A stretch of DNA of 64,000 nucleotides. Origin: the human T2T-CHM13v2.0 reference genome, Homo sapiens. The DNA lies in NCBI RefSeq assembly GCF_009914755.1, contig NC_060941.1. One strand, 5' to 3'. Shown one piece after another: positions 1-15,395 of the stretch (positions within the stretch are counted from its first letter, which is position 1; the number at the start of each line of letters is the position of its first letter). The notes beneath the pieces are model-generated. The model did not search any database. It was not told the DNA's origin and was given only the letters and a program-made list of their open reading frames with translations. A program made the translations under genes and the position numbers.

Positions 1-130
1 GCATGGCACTACTATTATCTCCATTTTATAGATGTGGAAAATTGAGGCTCATGTTAAATCATTTTCCCAAGGTCACATGTTAAGTGACAAAGAAGAGCCT
101 GGAATCCAAGATAATAAGGCTTTTTCCACC
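1..130 (-). mobile_element. MIR remnant
   Basis: CCATTTTATAGATGTGGAAAATTGAGGCTC...CCCAAGGTCACA matches the MIR core in reverse. Confidence 0.7.
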
Positions 131-299
131 ACAGCTGACTTTTCAGGTGGAGGCCTTTCTACACTTCACTAAGGTTGCTGAAAAGAGGGTGTGGGTGCTA
201 CTAGCAGAGAGATGTTGGGGGCAGGGAGAGCACTGGAGCAGCCTGGGTCACTCAGGTCCTCACAGCCAACTTCAGTCCATAGATCAAAAGAGCGGCACA

Positions 300-600
300 G
301 GCCATGTGGGGTGGCTCACGCCTGTAATCCCAGCACTTTGAGAGGCCGAGGCAGGTGGATCACTTGAGGTCCAGGAGTTTGAGACCAGCCTGGCCAACAG
401 GGTGAAACCCCATCTCTACTAAAAATACAAAAATTAGCCAGGCGTGGTGGCAAGCACCTGTAATCTCAGCTACTCAGGAGGCTGAGGCAGGAGAATCGCC
501 TCCACCAGGGGGTGGAGGCTGCAGTGAGCCAAGATCGTGCCGCTGCACTCCAGCCTGGGCGACACAGCAAGACTCTGTCTCAAAAAAAAACAAATAAAAA
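300..600 (+). mobile_element. Alu (AluS-like)
   Basis: GGCTCACGCCTGTAATCCCAGC...A-rich tail. Confidence 0.95.
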
Positions 601-1364
601 GCAGCAGTGTCATGGATCAGGGGACCTGTGCCCTTGAAATTGTTTCCCCTTTGCCAGAGAACAAGGCTAAAGTGAATGGTGCGCCTGAGCAATCTATCCA
701 GACACCTGAGACCTGGAATGGGGAAGGGAGGACCCAGCCTTTGGATGCCTATCAGAGGATGAGATATTAAGGTCCTCTTTGGAAATGTGCTGTTGAATGT
801 GTTTATGAGGCCTGAGGAAATTGAGACCTATGATAAGTGAGCTCTCTATTCTGAGGGGTAAGGGAGATATAGCACTTTTTGTTGTTTTTGAACAGGGGAA
901 CTATAGTTCATTTACAAACCCATACATCCACATACACCCCTTGGGCAGGCTCAGTGTCTAGGACGTGGTAGAGAGGGCATGAGCACAGTGGAAGCAAAAA
1001 TGCCAGTTCAGTGCTTAGTGCTGACTTTACCACCGTTCTTCATGGCAACTGAACTCATGGACAGCTCAGGAGAAGCTAGAGAAATTGTTTTGTCTGTCAC
1101 TCAGCCTCTGGGGCACTGGTTGAAGCTGACAGGTGGAAACCTAGAGTTGGCCCAGACATGATGAATGCAGAGATGCCAATTTGTAGGAGAGTAGGTTTGG
1201 CTCCTCTCCTGGGAGTTCTGTCTGGCCAAAGGCTCCCACCTCCCACCTCCTGCTGGAGCTGGCTCTTTTATAGTTGATGTTACCATTGCTCTCTTGGCCT
1301 ATTCCAGCAGCTGTGGACTCCTAACAGTTTTCCCCACTCACTTACAGCTGCAGAATCAGGCTAA

Positions 1365-1804
<440 letters not shown>

Positions 1805-2446
1805 TGGGGACTATAAGAATTATATAGGCACCACACTTTATCATCGAAACAACTAGAGATACCCATTCTGAACCTCTGTCCTCTGGTTGGGAGTTCTTAG
1901 ACAAAGGGAGACCACTCTTTACTAGCTCTTTCACCTCTACCCACTCTGAGATTTTCTGGCTCTGGGAGGTCCTGACTGTGGCTGGGAAGACAGCTACCTT
2001 CTCTTAGAGCCAAGATGGTGAGGAAATCTCAAGACCCCTCCCTGCCTTGTTCCCTTTCCTTGGCTGCTTCTCTATTCAGGTCCCCACCTCTCCTGGTGCC
2101 ACTCCATTCCCATTCCTTCTTTCTGTTTTCCTCTCTCTCTCAGCAAGTTTTTTATGTGATTACAGGCACTGCATGGTAATTAGTGCTAAACTCATTTGCA
2201 CAACTACAGTTAATTGGCTACAACAATTAATTAATGTGTTGGAAATTTGGCACTGGAAAAAAAAGTTTGTCATCAAAAAAAGGGCAAAAAATTGTAGAGT
2301 GAGGTACCCATAAAAATCGAGGGTAGGCTTCAAAAGCCCAGCTGGGCCTCAAACTTCAGGCCTGCCTCAGCTGCTTTTCCACTCTCAACTTCAACGCATT
2401 TTCCTCTCTCATTTTTTTCCTCCTTTCTTTCTCTGTCTCTCTCTTC

Positions 2447-2488
2447 TCCTTTTTTTTTTTCTTTTCTTTTTTTTTTTTTTTTTTTTTT
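2447..2488. repeat. Poly-T/polypyrimidine tract
   Basis: Long T run within a pyrimidine-rich stretch. Confidence 0.9.
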
Positions 2489-3926
2489 ACAACTTAAGCA
2501 AACTCATTTCCCTGATAAAATATAGCATGACTAATGGCTAGAGCATGTAAAAATCATTGGGAAAATGTCCTTGGAAGACGAATGCATTTTCAGCAGAATA
2601 ATTAACTTAATTAACAAATTCACATGCATATTCATCAGGCTATTAATGTCTTCTCGGCTCAGCTTGATGAACATTGCGGTAATAACCATCTCATTTACAT
2701 ACTGCATTCTACTGCGATCCAAAACAGAGACAACATACAGGCGTATGCACACACACACACTCACACACACGAATACACACAACATGCCTGGGCCACTCTT
2801 GACTTCCAGGTTGGCTGGGAGAGTGTGTGTGTGTAAGCGAGGCAGGGTAGGGAGTGGGTGAGTGGGAACCCTGACTGGGTGGTGTGATCTTTAGATGGCC
2901 ATGAGTCAGGTGGGCTAGGGATACCCACATGTAAATATCTGAGAGAACTCAATATTCTCTCTCTCTCTCTCTTTTTACTTGTTTCCATTTCTCTGTGTCA
3001 TTTTCTCTCTTCTTCTCTTGCTTCCCGCCCCCCCCCCCGCCCCCATATCTCTCTAGGGAAAAACTTGGTATCTGTGCCAACTTTTTTCCCCCTCCCCTCC
3101 TCCCTCTCTCTTCTTCTTCCACTCTCCCAACTGCTGCCAGCCGGCATCAGCGCCGAATTGCCATCTCCTTGAGCTCTCTGTGGAGCAATCTCAGAGAGCA
3201 GTAAGGTGTGACGCGAGGCTCTGCCGGCTTCGCAGCACCGCCTGCGGAAAGAGCGCAGGATGGCGGAGGAAGATTAAGAGAAATCGCGAGCAGGGCTCGG
3301 CTGCCATTGGTGTGTGCAAACGCCGAGGAGGAAGGGAGAGGGAGAGTGAGAGTGAGGAAGGGGGGAGAGAAGGGGGAAAAACCAGCAGCTGTCGGCCTAA
3401 TTCTTCTAACACTCTGCTTGTGGTCATATTAGAAAAACAGATTATGCCCCTCGGTGCCACTCACTTATACTTGACATACGTTAATGTTCTATATCTCCAT
3501 TTTCCGGTTCTTGATGACGGTGGACTTGAGGTCGAGGAGGATGGGGGCCTGGGTGGCCAAGGGGCACAAAAAACCCTGTCCTCTCATTCTCTCCTGACCT
3601 TGAACCCCAGTCTGTACTCGCCCTTTAGAAAGCAAACCAGTTTACATCTGATGCCACCATTTGGCATTTTACAGCCCCTTATAAGATGCAGAGGTCAGAG
3701 GATACCTGGAGGACCTTACCCCTAAGTCACCCCTCCTTTGTAGTCTTAATAGGTCACTTTAGGACCAAGTGAGACCAGCTTTTGTGGCACTACCCCCCAA
3801 CCTTTCTATGGGCTCTCTCCCTCAAATCAGAAGTTGAGGGTCAGAGAAGGGAGTCTATGATAGTGTGTGTCCCAAGAGGGGGTTACAGAGAAGCCATAAG
3901 CAAAACAAGGCCAGGATTGTTTCTGG

Positions 3927-3940
3927 GTTGCTATGGAAAC
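3927..3940. promoter_or_regulatory. RFX X-box
   Basis: GTTGCTATGGAAAC, close to the palindromic X-box GTTGCCATGGCAAC. Confidence 0.6.
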
Positions 3941-4188
3941 CAGGTTCCCTCCTCCTGGCAGGAATGGAGGAGTGCCTAAGGCCTTCCTCCTACCACCAAT
4001 CCTGAGGGTTGTAAAGGCGGAGTTTGCTAAGGCCTGGGGAAAGGGCTGGTCTTGGAGGACAAACCAACCATTCCCTATAGCTGGCCTGCTATTCAGAGGT
4101 CTTTGACCCCCACCTTTCCTACCCTCCCACCTCTATATTCAGTCAAAGGAGGCTTTTTCCTCTGGTACCTTGTCCTCTATAGAGACCT

Positions 4189-4201
4189 GTTGCTTAGCAA
4201 C
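4189..4201. promoter_or_regulatory. RFX X-box (palindrome)
   Basis: GTTGCT-T-AGCAAC, perfect inverted half-sites. Confidence 0.6.
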
Positions 4202-4669
4202 CACTAGTGCTTTCTTCTTAATAACTAACACGGACGGAGAGATAAAATATCTGTGTCTATATTCAGTTCCCCTCCCCTGTCTATTTATATTTAATAACTG
4301 AAACCCTGTCTTGGGTTCCCTTAGCACCTGCCTTAGAGAGCTCTTAGAGGGATTATCCGCAGCCTGAAGAAAGAAGGTTACAACTGAGGAAGAACTTCTG
4401 AACAGGGAAGAGTGGAAGAAAAGACTGCAGTACGTAGAGCATCAAGGGAAGCTGTGGAAATATATTTTCTTAAGTACAGGTAGAGAGGGGAAACAAAATA
4501 TTTAGAACTTGGAATGCGGGAAGGGGATATCCACAGGGATTCTTAAGGGACAGCTCCAGGTCCTGGAGTGGACCCTAACAGCTGCTTCCAGGCTGGCATT
4601 TGCCACTCCCCACGCCCTTCCCTGCCCCTGCTTCCTGGCCACTTCCAGTCTATGTCCCTCTCATATTTC

Positions 4670-5351
<682 letters not shown>

Positions 5352-6899
5352 TAGTGTCTGGATGTTGGTATCCAGGAGAGGGGGCTGTGCTGATGTGTGT
5401 CCCCCAAGGTCTGGGTACTTCCCCATTTTTCAGTCACTAGGAAGGAGTTCTTCTGAGCTCTCCACTAGAAAACCCCACACCTGACCTGGCAGTGGGGGCT
5501 GTACAATAACCAAAAAATGAGCAAGGAAGGTCTACAGTAGCCTAGGCCTGTATGTAGAGTCAGGAGACTTGGATTTAGTCACTTCTCCTTACTCTCCTGT
5601 GATCCCAGGTTATTATCCACTTGATCTTTTAAAGCCCTTGTTGCTCCATCTATAGGCCAGGAATAATAATAAAGTTTACCTTACTGGACTTTAGCAGGAT
5701 CAGTTAAAGTAATATGTGAAAGAAAATATGCTGCAAACTGTCACATTTAACTAAAATATTTTAAGTTCTGGAAAAGGTCTGATTGCTAGGGAGAGGGAGG
5801 CATCATGAATCCAGCCCAGCCCTGGGCTTAGGAATGTCCCTTCCCACAGCTGTCACGGCCTCTGGTCTTCCATTAGTTTGTTGGCAAGAGGGGTATGACT
5901 CTGCTCTCTGGTCATTAGGGCAAGGAGCTATAAAAATCAAAATCAAACACCAAGCAGTCTAGGGAGAGTCGTGCAGTGTTGTCCCTATCATTTTTCTCAC
6001 CTCAGACCCAACCTCTGGCCTCTAGTTTTCGGCTGCCAAGACAGCAGCCCTACCGACACCCCACCCTGACCCTCTGCCCCTTTCGGCAGTCAGCACCTTT
6101 GCTGCCATCGTGCTAACTCACAGACTGTACAGTTTCACCCGCCATACCCCCCTTCTCTGCACCTCTTCCAACCCGAGCCTTCTGTGGCAGACAGATGGGG
6201 TGTCTGCGATGGAAAAAGCTCTGGGCTCTACGCCGTCTTGGGTGGGCAGCCCCCCTCCCCAACTCCCCATTACTCCCTCTCCCCACCTAAGACACTCAGA
6301 TTCACCCCAGGCAGCACTAGAAGGGGCTGAGAATTCCAACTCTCTTCTCTTCTCAGGCTCAGCTCCAGAAGCAGACCCAGAATGGCATCCTTCTCTGAGA
6401 CCCAGACCCCAGCCCCTTTTCATGGAAGACCAGCACAAAGGAGGAAGTAGGTTAGGGAATGGTAAGGCTCCATGTGATGGGACTAATGTGGAGAGGCCTG
6501 GGGCCTTTCCCTGAGGACTGGATGGCTGGAGTTTGGGAGCCTGAGTTGACAGAGGAGGCTAAGCCCGGGCAGCTACTTTGTTCCAGAAATCTAAGGTCCC
6601 TGGAGGGAGGCTCTGCTTTGGGAGGGGGAAGGGAGCTAACATTGCAGAGCACCAACTGTGAACCAGGTACAATGGCAGAGCCTTTCCATACCTGTACTCA
6701 CAACTAGCGGGTGAGGAGTCAAGGCAAATAGGTGTCTCATAGCTCCCCATATCTCGGCAGTCGACCACCTCCTCCTTTGATTCTCTGATGTCACTGCCAG
6801 TTCTCCTCCTATTGCTCTGACCTGTCTTTCTCTGTGTCCTTTGCAAACTCATTCTCAACTCCTTAGACTCAGTCAAGTCCCCCAGTTACACACTTCCAT

Positions 6900-7115
6900 G
6901 GTACTATATATCATTCCTTCAGAGCACTTAACACAGTTATTTCCTATGTATTTGTCCAGTCATTTGAATAATGATCCTAGTTTCATTGGATGGAAAGTTC
7001 CACAAGGTCAGTGACCATTTCTATCTGTGTTCACCAATGTGTTCCCAGTGCCCAGAAACAATGCCTAGCATAAAGCAGCTGTTTTGTAAATACTTGTTCA
7101 ATGAATGAATAAATG
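6900..7115 (+). mobile_element. L2 3' end remnant
   Basis: TTCCCAGTGCCCAGAAACAATGCCTAGCATA...AAATACTTGTTCAATGAATGAAT. Confidence 0.7.
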
Positions 7116-10100
7116 ACAAAAGAACATCTCTCTGGCCTAAACTCCCTTCTTAGCCACTCCCTCACCCTGAGCTCACCCACCCCAATGTGTGGACCAGGGA
7201 ACAAAGTACCTGGGAGGTCAGGCCACCTTGTTCTCCCTCATCAGGACAGGACCAGTCCTAGTTTCAGGGTATGGGGCCATTGCTGTGCCAGAGCCTGGTC
7301 CTGCCTGTCTGCTCTTCAGCCTTTCCAGGGACTGAGATAATTCAAAGTCTCAACAGTTTTTCCCCACATGGAGGCCTGAAATCATTCATGTGAGCTGGAA
7401 AGGGAGGGGAGTTCCATCAGAGGAAGGTGCTCTGAAGAAAATCCCTCTTTTTTGCCTTGCCGAGACTGCAGAGACCATCTGTTGCCACCCCTCTGTTTGC
7501 TTCTGTCCTCTTACCCTGGACTTCAGGGAAAGAGATGGTTAAACCAAGTAGGAGGGATAGGCAGTTTACCAGATGCAGGACAGGCTGCTTGATCCTGAAA
7601 ATGTCTGGGGAGCTAGATGATGAGCTTCGGCCAGGTGATTGGAGCAGAGGAACACAGAATCCAGGAACAGCCAGTCCTTTGGGGCTGTACTCCCTAGACC
7701 CTGGGAAGCAGGGTATAGATAAAATGACCTTTATGAGGTGTCCAGCCTCCAGCCCAGGGCTTTGTCTGACTCCTTTGCTGCCCTTACCATCTGACCTCAA
7801 ACAATGTTCCCAAATCTGTTAAGAGTTAAAGTTAGCACAAACGTGGTAGCTCCTTGCTGTCTGTGGCTATTCCCCATTCTTAACCTTGAACAAGCACACA
7901 GACGTTTGCCCATCTCCCAGCCCAGAGCATCTCTTCATCCAGCTCAGTGCCAATACCCAGTGCTCACAGCAGCTTCTCAGCCCCCTTATCCTAACAGTGC
8001 CCGTCAGCACCCAGGTATCTAGGGTCCTGGATCTGGGAAGCCACTCTGGGCAGTGTTGCTCTCTCTGACCCCACCTGTTCTCTGGGCCCTAATGAAGCAG
8101 GACAACTCAAGGCTTCAGGCCAAGTCCTTGTGTCCTTATCAAAGGCAACATCTGTCCCCTCCAAGAGGATAACCCCTGGGGGGAGGAGGGTGAGACAGGC
8201 ACAAGGGAGAAATCCTGATCTTGCCTGGGCCCTCACCCCAGATTCCACTGCAGGCATAGATTGGGGGTGAAAGCCAAGACAGTCACAGAAGCCCTCACAC
8301 ACACATGCCCCTGCATGGGCCTTCATGCCTCTGAGCCCCCACATATGAATGCCCCTCTTGGGCTCACCCAGCTACCTGGGCTGCTGCTGCTGCCAAGCGG
8401 CCTTCTTTTATTCATGCGTTGTTTTATTGCTGGCAAATGCTGCTGCTTGCTGCTGTTGGAGGCGTTCCTGCCAAATCCATCCCAACATCTTGGCCTGGCA
8501 TCAGGGCGGCATGCTAATGTGGAAATTTAAAGAGCCGCTCGGCTTTAAATCGGAATTTTAAATGAGCAGCAGTGCTCCGAGGGGACCTGGGCAAAATCGA
8601 ACAGTATCTGATCCACCCTTCCTCCTCCCACACCCACAGCATCACCCCAAGTTCCTCCCACCCCTCCCTTTGATTTGGACATTAGAGGAGGTATTGGCAT
8701 GGGACATCCTAAGGGAAGAGAGAGGTACCAGGGCAGAGGAATTTGTTCAAGATGGGGGTCATCTGGACCAGTGAGGAGCTAGGATCACTCTGGACCAAGA
8801 ATGGATCTACTCCTTGCTGTCATAGGCAAATGACCAAATACAGGATGTTCCACAAGGGAGAAGGGCTAGAGGTAATGAAACTGAAGTTACTCCCTCACTT
8901 CCCGTTTTACCAGGAAACAAGAAGAGAAGGCCTGCTCTGCAGAGAAGAGGGAAGGTGGAATTCCAAGAAGACACTCACACACAACATACTCTTGTTGCCA
9001 ATGGGATGTGTGCACACAGCTGTGCATGCAGGCTGGGATGCTTGATGAGGTCCCTGCAGCACATATACACATAGCTCACACATCACCCCTGCATGGAGAG
9101 GAATTATCTGCACATGGAGGGCGGTCTTTCTTTCCCTATCCAGGACACTATTGTAACCCCAGAGCAAGCTGGCTTCTGCAAGTTGCTAGCCTGAACTGTG
9201 CCCCAGGTTTTTCCGTGGATCCTAATTTCCCAGATCCTGGCAGCTGCTTGAGTCAGCCATGGTGATGGATCTCTGCAGCTCTTCTGCCAGGACAGGGGCA
9301 GGGGGAACCTGAGGTCATCCTGTGCACCTGTCTTGGCCACAGTGTGGTGCCTTCTCTGGTGATCACCAAATGACAGGCTCAGACATCTCATCTGGGAGAG
9401 GTTTTGGAAACAGCCTTGGTTTCAAAGGAAAGAAGGGGCTAATGGGAAGCGAGAGAGGCAGAGTCTGTGCCTCCTTGTGATTCCCTCTCCTTACCTATCT
9501 CCAGGAGGTAGGTAGCCCCTCATTATCAGAAAACATTTTTTGAGTGCCTGCCCTCAGGGAGACACCATGCTTTACTTTAGCACAGTGCCTCACAATTTTC
9601 TGGATTGACAGCAGCCCTCAGAATCTGGATGTGCTGTCCCCATTGGAGGGTCCACAGTAACACACATGGTGACATCCACCTTACTCATGTTAGGCTACCA
9701 GGCCAAGGGATGCTCCAAGACCTTCCCTAGAATTCCTCCTCCCTCAAAGAAGGAGCCAGCTCCTTCAGGGGCTGGTGTGGCTGCCAGCCAAGAGGCTTGG
9801 GGCAGGCCTGGGGCATGCAGCTGATACCTGCCCACCAGATCTCCAAGGAACACCCTCCTCCCCCACTCCCACAGCCTCATTCAGATGGCCACTGGGCTAC
9901 AAGGAGACAGTGCTCACTTCTCCCCACTCCCAGAAAAAACTTCAAAGCTGGACAGCCTCCCTTTCCATTGTAACCTGTTCCAAGATCCTCCACTTAGACT
10001 AGATACACTAACGACCCACCAAGCAATTTTGCTAGGCAGGACCAAATGTTTAATATAGTAGGGGTTGAGCTAGGCCTAGGTACGGAAACTTGAGGAGTGA

Positions 10101-10931
10101 GGCTTGGGCTGGAATTCTGGGAGAAGTTGTTGAGGTCAAGAGAGGTATGAGGAAGAACAACTTGATGTGAGTGAAATAGGACAGGGGGACATGAAGGGGA
10201 GGGCCTGAAAGAATCTGCCTCTCTCATCTAATTATCAACATGTAAATAATATGCAAATAACACACTCTTTGTCTAGAGACCACAAGGCCACTGCTTTTTG
10301 GAAGTGGATTACAGAGGGCCCACCAGACAGTATCTCTGAGATCCTCAGATATGGGACACCCAGGCTCAAGAGAGAGGCCAGAGTGCAGCCATCTGGTTCT
10401 TGCTTATTCCCTGGATTGGCTCACTTTCTGTGAGCCTCAGTTTCCCTATGTGTGAAATGGCAAGACTACTGGATGGTCTCTAAGGGTTTTTTCCAGTACC
10501 GACAGTCTGGGATTGTATGACCTGGGCCCAGTGCCAGGGCAGAGTGGAGGGTTTGATTCCATTCTGGGGTGGAAGCCAAGATCCTTGGCTCTCTTGCCCC
10601 TGCTGCCCACCTCAGCAGTTCTGTCATGCTGCCCCCGCAGCCCGCAACATACCTGCCATCCCAAACATGGGCAGTTTTCTGAAGGCAGTGTTTTCTTCCA
10701 TCCATGCCTTTACCTACACTGTTTCTCTGCCTGGTATGCCCTTCCTGTTTCAGCCCCTCAGTTGGCTAAGTCCTCCAACTCCAACAGCCTTGCCTACCTT
10801 ACTCCTCCACTCCCCAGTTCTGACAAGGTGCCTCCCTTCTGGGTGCCTCTATGCACTGTCTCTTTACTTCTCTCTTGTCCCACTAGACCATGAACTTTTG
10901 GTTTTGTTCCAGACTAAATCTCCATTATAAG

Positions 10932-11418
10932 TGTATTAGTTTCCCAAGGCTGCTGTAACAAATTAACCACAACTCTGGTGTCTTAAAACAACTGAAGTTT
11001 ATTCTCTTACACTTCTGGAGATCAGAGGTTCAACATCCATTTTATTATACCAAAATCAAAGTGTTGGCAGGGGTATGCTCTTTCTGGAGGCTCTAGAGGA
11101 GAATCTGTTCCTTGTCTCTTTCAGCTTCTAGTGGCTACTAGCATTCCTTTGCTTGTGGCCCCATCACTGCAGTTTCTGCCTCTGTCTTCACATCACCTTC
11201 TACTCTTTGATATATGTATAATTTCTCTCTCTCTCTCTCTTTCATAAGGACACTTGTGTTGGCATTTAGGGCCCACCTGGATAATCCAGAATAATCTCCC
11301 CATCTCAAGATTCTTAATCACATCCTCAAAGATGAACCCATTTTCCAGTTAAGGTAACATTCACAGGTTCTGGGGATTAGAACATGGACATATCTTTAGA
11401 AGCTATCAGACTACCAAA
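10932..11418 (-). mobile_element. MLT1-family (ERVL-MaLR) solo LTR
   Basis: Begins TGTATTAGTTTCC...GCTGCTGTAACAAAT, ends ...GGGATTAGAACATGGACATATCTTT; 5-bp TSD ATAAG at 10927-10931 and 11419-11423. Confidence 0.88.
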
Positions 11419-11439
11419 ATAAGCAAAGACATTTTAAAA

Positions 11440-11660
11440 TTTACCATTTATTAAGTACCATATGCCAGACACCTACATACATTTTTCTCACCTCAATTAA
11501 GTTTTACAATAACCCTGAAATGTAGGTATTAATGCCTGTATTCTATAGACGAGGAAACTGAGGCTCAGGGAGATTGAGTCACGTGCCCAATGTCACGTAG
11601 CTGGTAAATGACAGAACTAGGATTTGAAACCAGATGAGCTGGGCTCCAAAGCCAACATGC
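11440..11660 (-). mobile_element. MIR
   Basis: GACGAGGAAACTGAGGCTCAG...GGATTTGAAACCAG. Confidence 0.8.
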
Positions 11661-12639
11661 TTTTTGCCTCACCAACAGCCTCTGAGCCTACTCCAGGCCC
11701 TGGCACAGGTTTCTTGCCTGAATGGATGCAGAAAAAGAAAGATAGGTAGACAAGAGAACAGACGATGAGGCCCAGCATTTTTAGTGATACTGCTTCTAGC
11801 TTTCTTTTGCCAAAGCCCCCTTACCACCCCTCTTATTCTCCCCCACCAACCCTGACCTCTTGTTTCAGAAGCCTGGAATACCCCCCAGCTTGCAGCCCCC
11901 TGCCAACTACTGCTGCCCAGAAGGGTGGCACAGTGCCTGGACTTCAGGCAGAATCTATCAAATCACAGAACCAGAGGGTGTCTGGAAGTCACCTCATCTA
12001 GTCCTCTGTTCACATCCAGCCCTGCTCACGAGGACAGGGGCAGACAGGTTCAGGGTAGTGGGCAGCAGAAGGATGAAGTGCCCATCTCCCTTCAGCTGCC
12101 CTTTCTCCTTTCTTACTTCTTACACAATTTATATTGGAAGTCCTCACTCAGATCTGACTTTGCAGACATCATGCATAATGAGAATTGGCCAGAATCAGGA
12201 GTCCTATGGTCATAGGACTGACCCAGTCCTAGATTCTCCAAAAAATAAAACGAGATTTTTGGCTAGGTCCTTTCACCTCTGTGGGCCTCTAATTCTTCAT
12301 CTTTAAAATGGGATCGATAATAGGGGTAATAATAATACCCAACTCACAGGGCCTTTGGGATAATAACACAGCCCAGGAAAGAAGCATCCAACCCACGGCC
12401 TGGAGCAAGGCAGGTGCTGCAGGAATATTTTATAACACCCCCCGTCAGCCCTCCAGCCAAGCCCCTTTATCCTGGGTAACACAAGGCTCTGCTCACCTCA
12501 GCCATTCTGGTCTGCCTCGCGCGCTAGACTGTGAATTCCTCTTGGCAGGATCTTGTTCATTTCTAATCACCGCCCGTTCCCCTCCCTAGTGTCTAGCCTG
12601 TGCTCGGGTACGTAAGTTCAACACACATTTAATAAATAC

Positions 12640-13640
<1,001 letters not shown>

Positions 13641-13752
13641 GGAAAGGTTGGGGTGGGGAAAGAACACAGTGGAGGACTGAGAACTTCAGGAAAACAAGCC
13701 CTGGTAAAACGGGAAAGGTGACATCTCTGAGGAGCGTTGGTCACGTGTGTCA

Positions 13753-14343
<591 letters not shown>

Positions 14344-14904
14344 CTACTTAGTTCCGCCACTTGGTTTGTAGCCTGGGCAAGTCGCTTTACCTTTCTTAGC
14401 CATGGCTTATCCATCTATACAATAGGGATAAGCCAGTTGCCAATGACTAAATGGGATAATATGTAATGTGTAGATGGCAGGACCTTAAGTCCTCTGGCAA
14501 AAAGAAGAAAGGGAGATAAGGGGCTGACCTCTATCCCTGCTGCTGTTTTGGGTGGATACCTTGAGGGAGGTGAGTCTTCTCCATATGCTTAAATCCCTGC
14601 TTAACTGGAAGATTACCTCAAACCTTCCAGCCAAAGCCGCCCCATTGTCACAGTAGAGGGGCAAAACTGCTCTTTACCTCATTGGCATTGCACGGATTCA
14701 ATATCTAGGTTTACACCAGGCTCTCTACTACTGTCCTTCTCTCCTTGGGTCCTCTCTTCCCACAATCCCTGACAGTCTCCCTCTCGTGCCTTGCCCCTGT
14801 CCTGTCCAAGGGCCAGACCTGGGAAGTTTCTTCCATAGACTCCAACCTTTGATCCCTCTCAGCCCTGGGAAAGAGGGAACTGGTGGAGAATTTGAGGCCG
14901 TTTA

Positions 14905-15395
<491 letters not shown>

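Noticed and set aside
3229-3256. RE1-like CAGCACC...GGAAAGAGCG
   Set aside because: Wrong spacer length and a weak right half-site.
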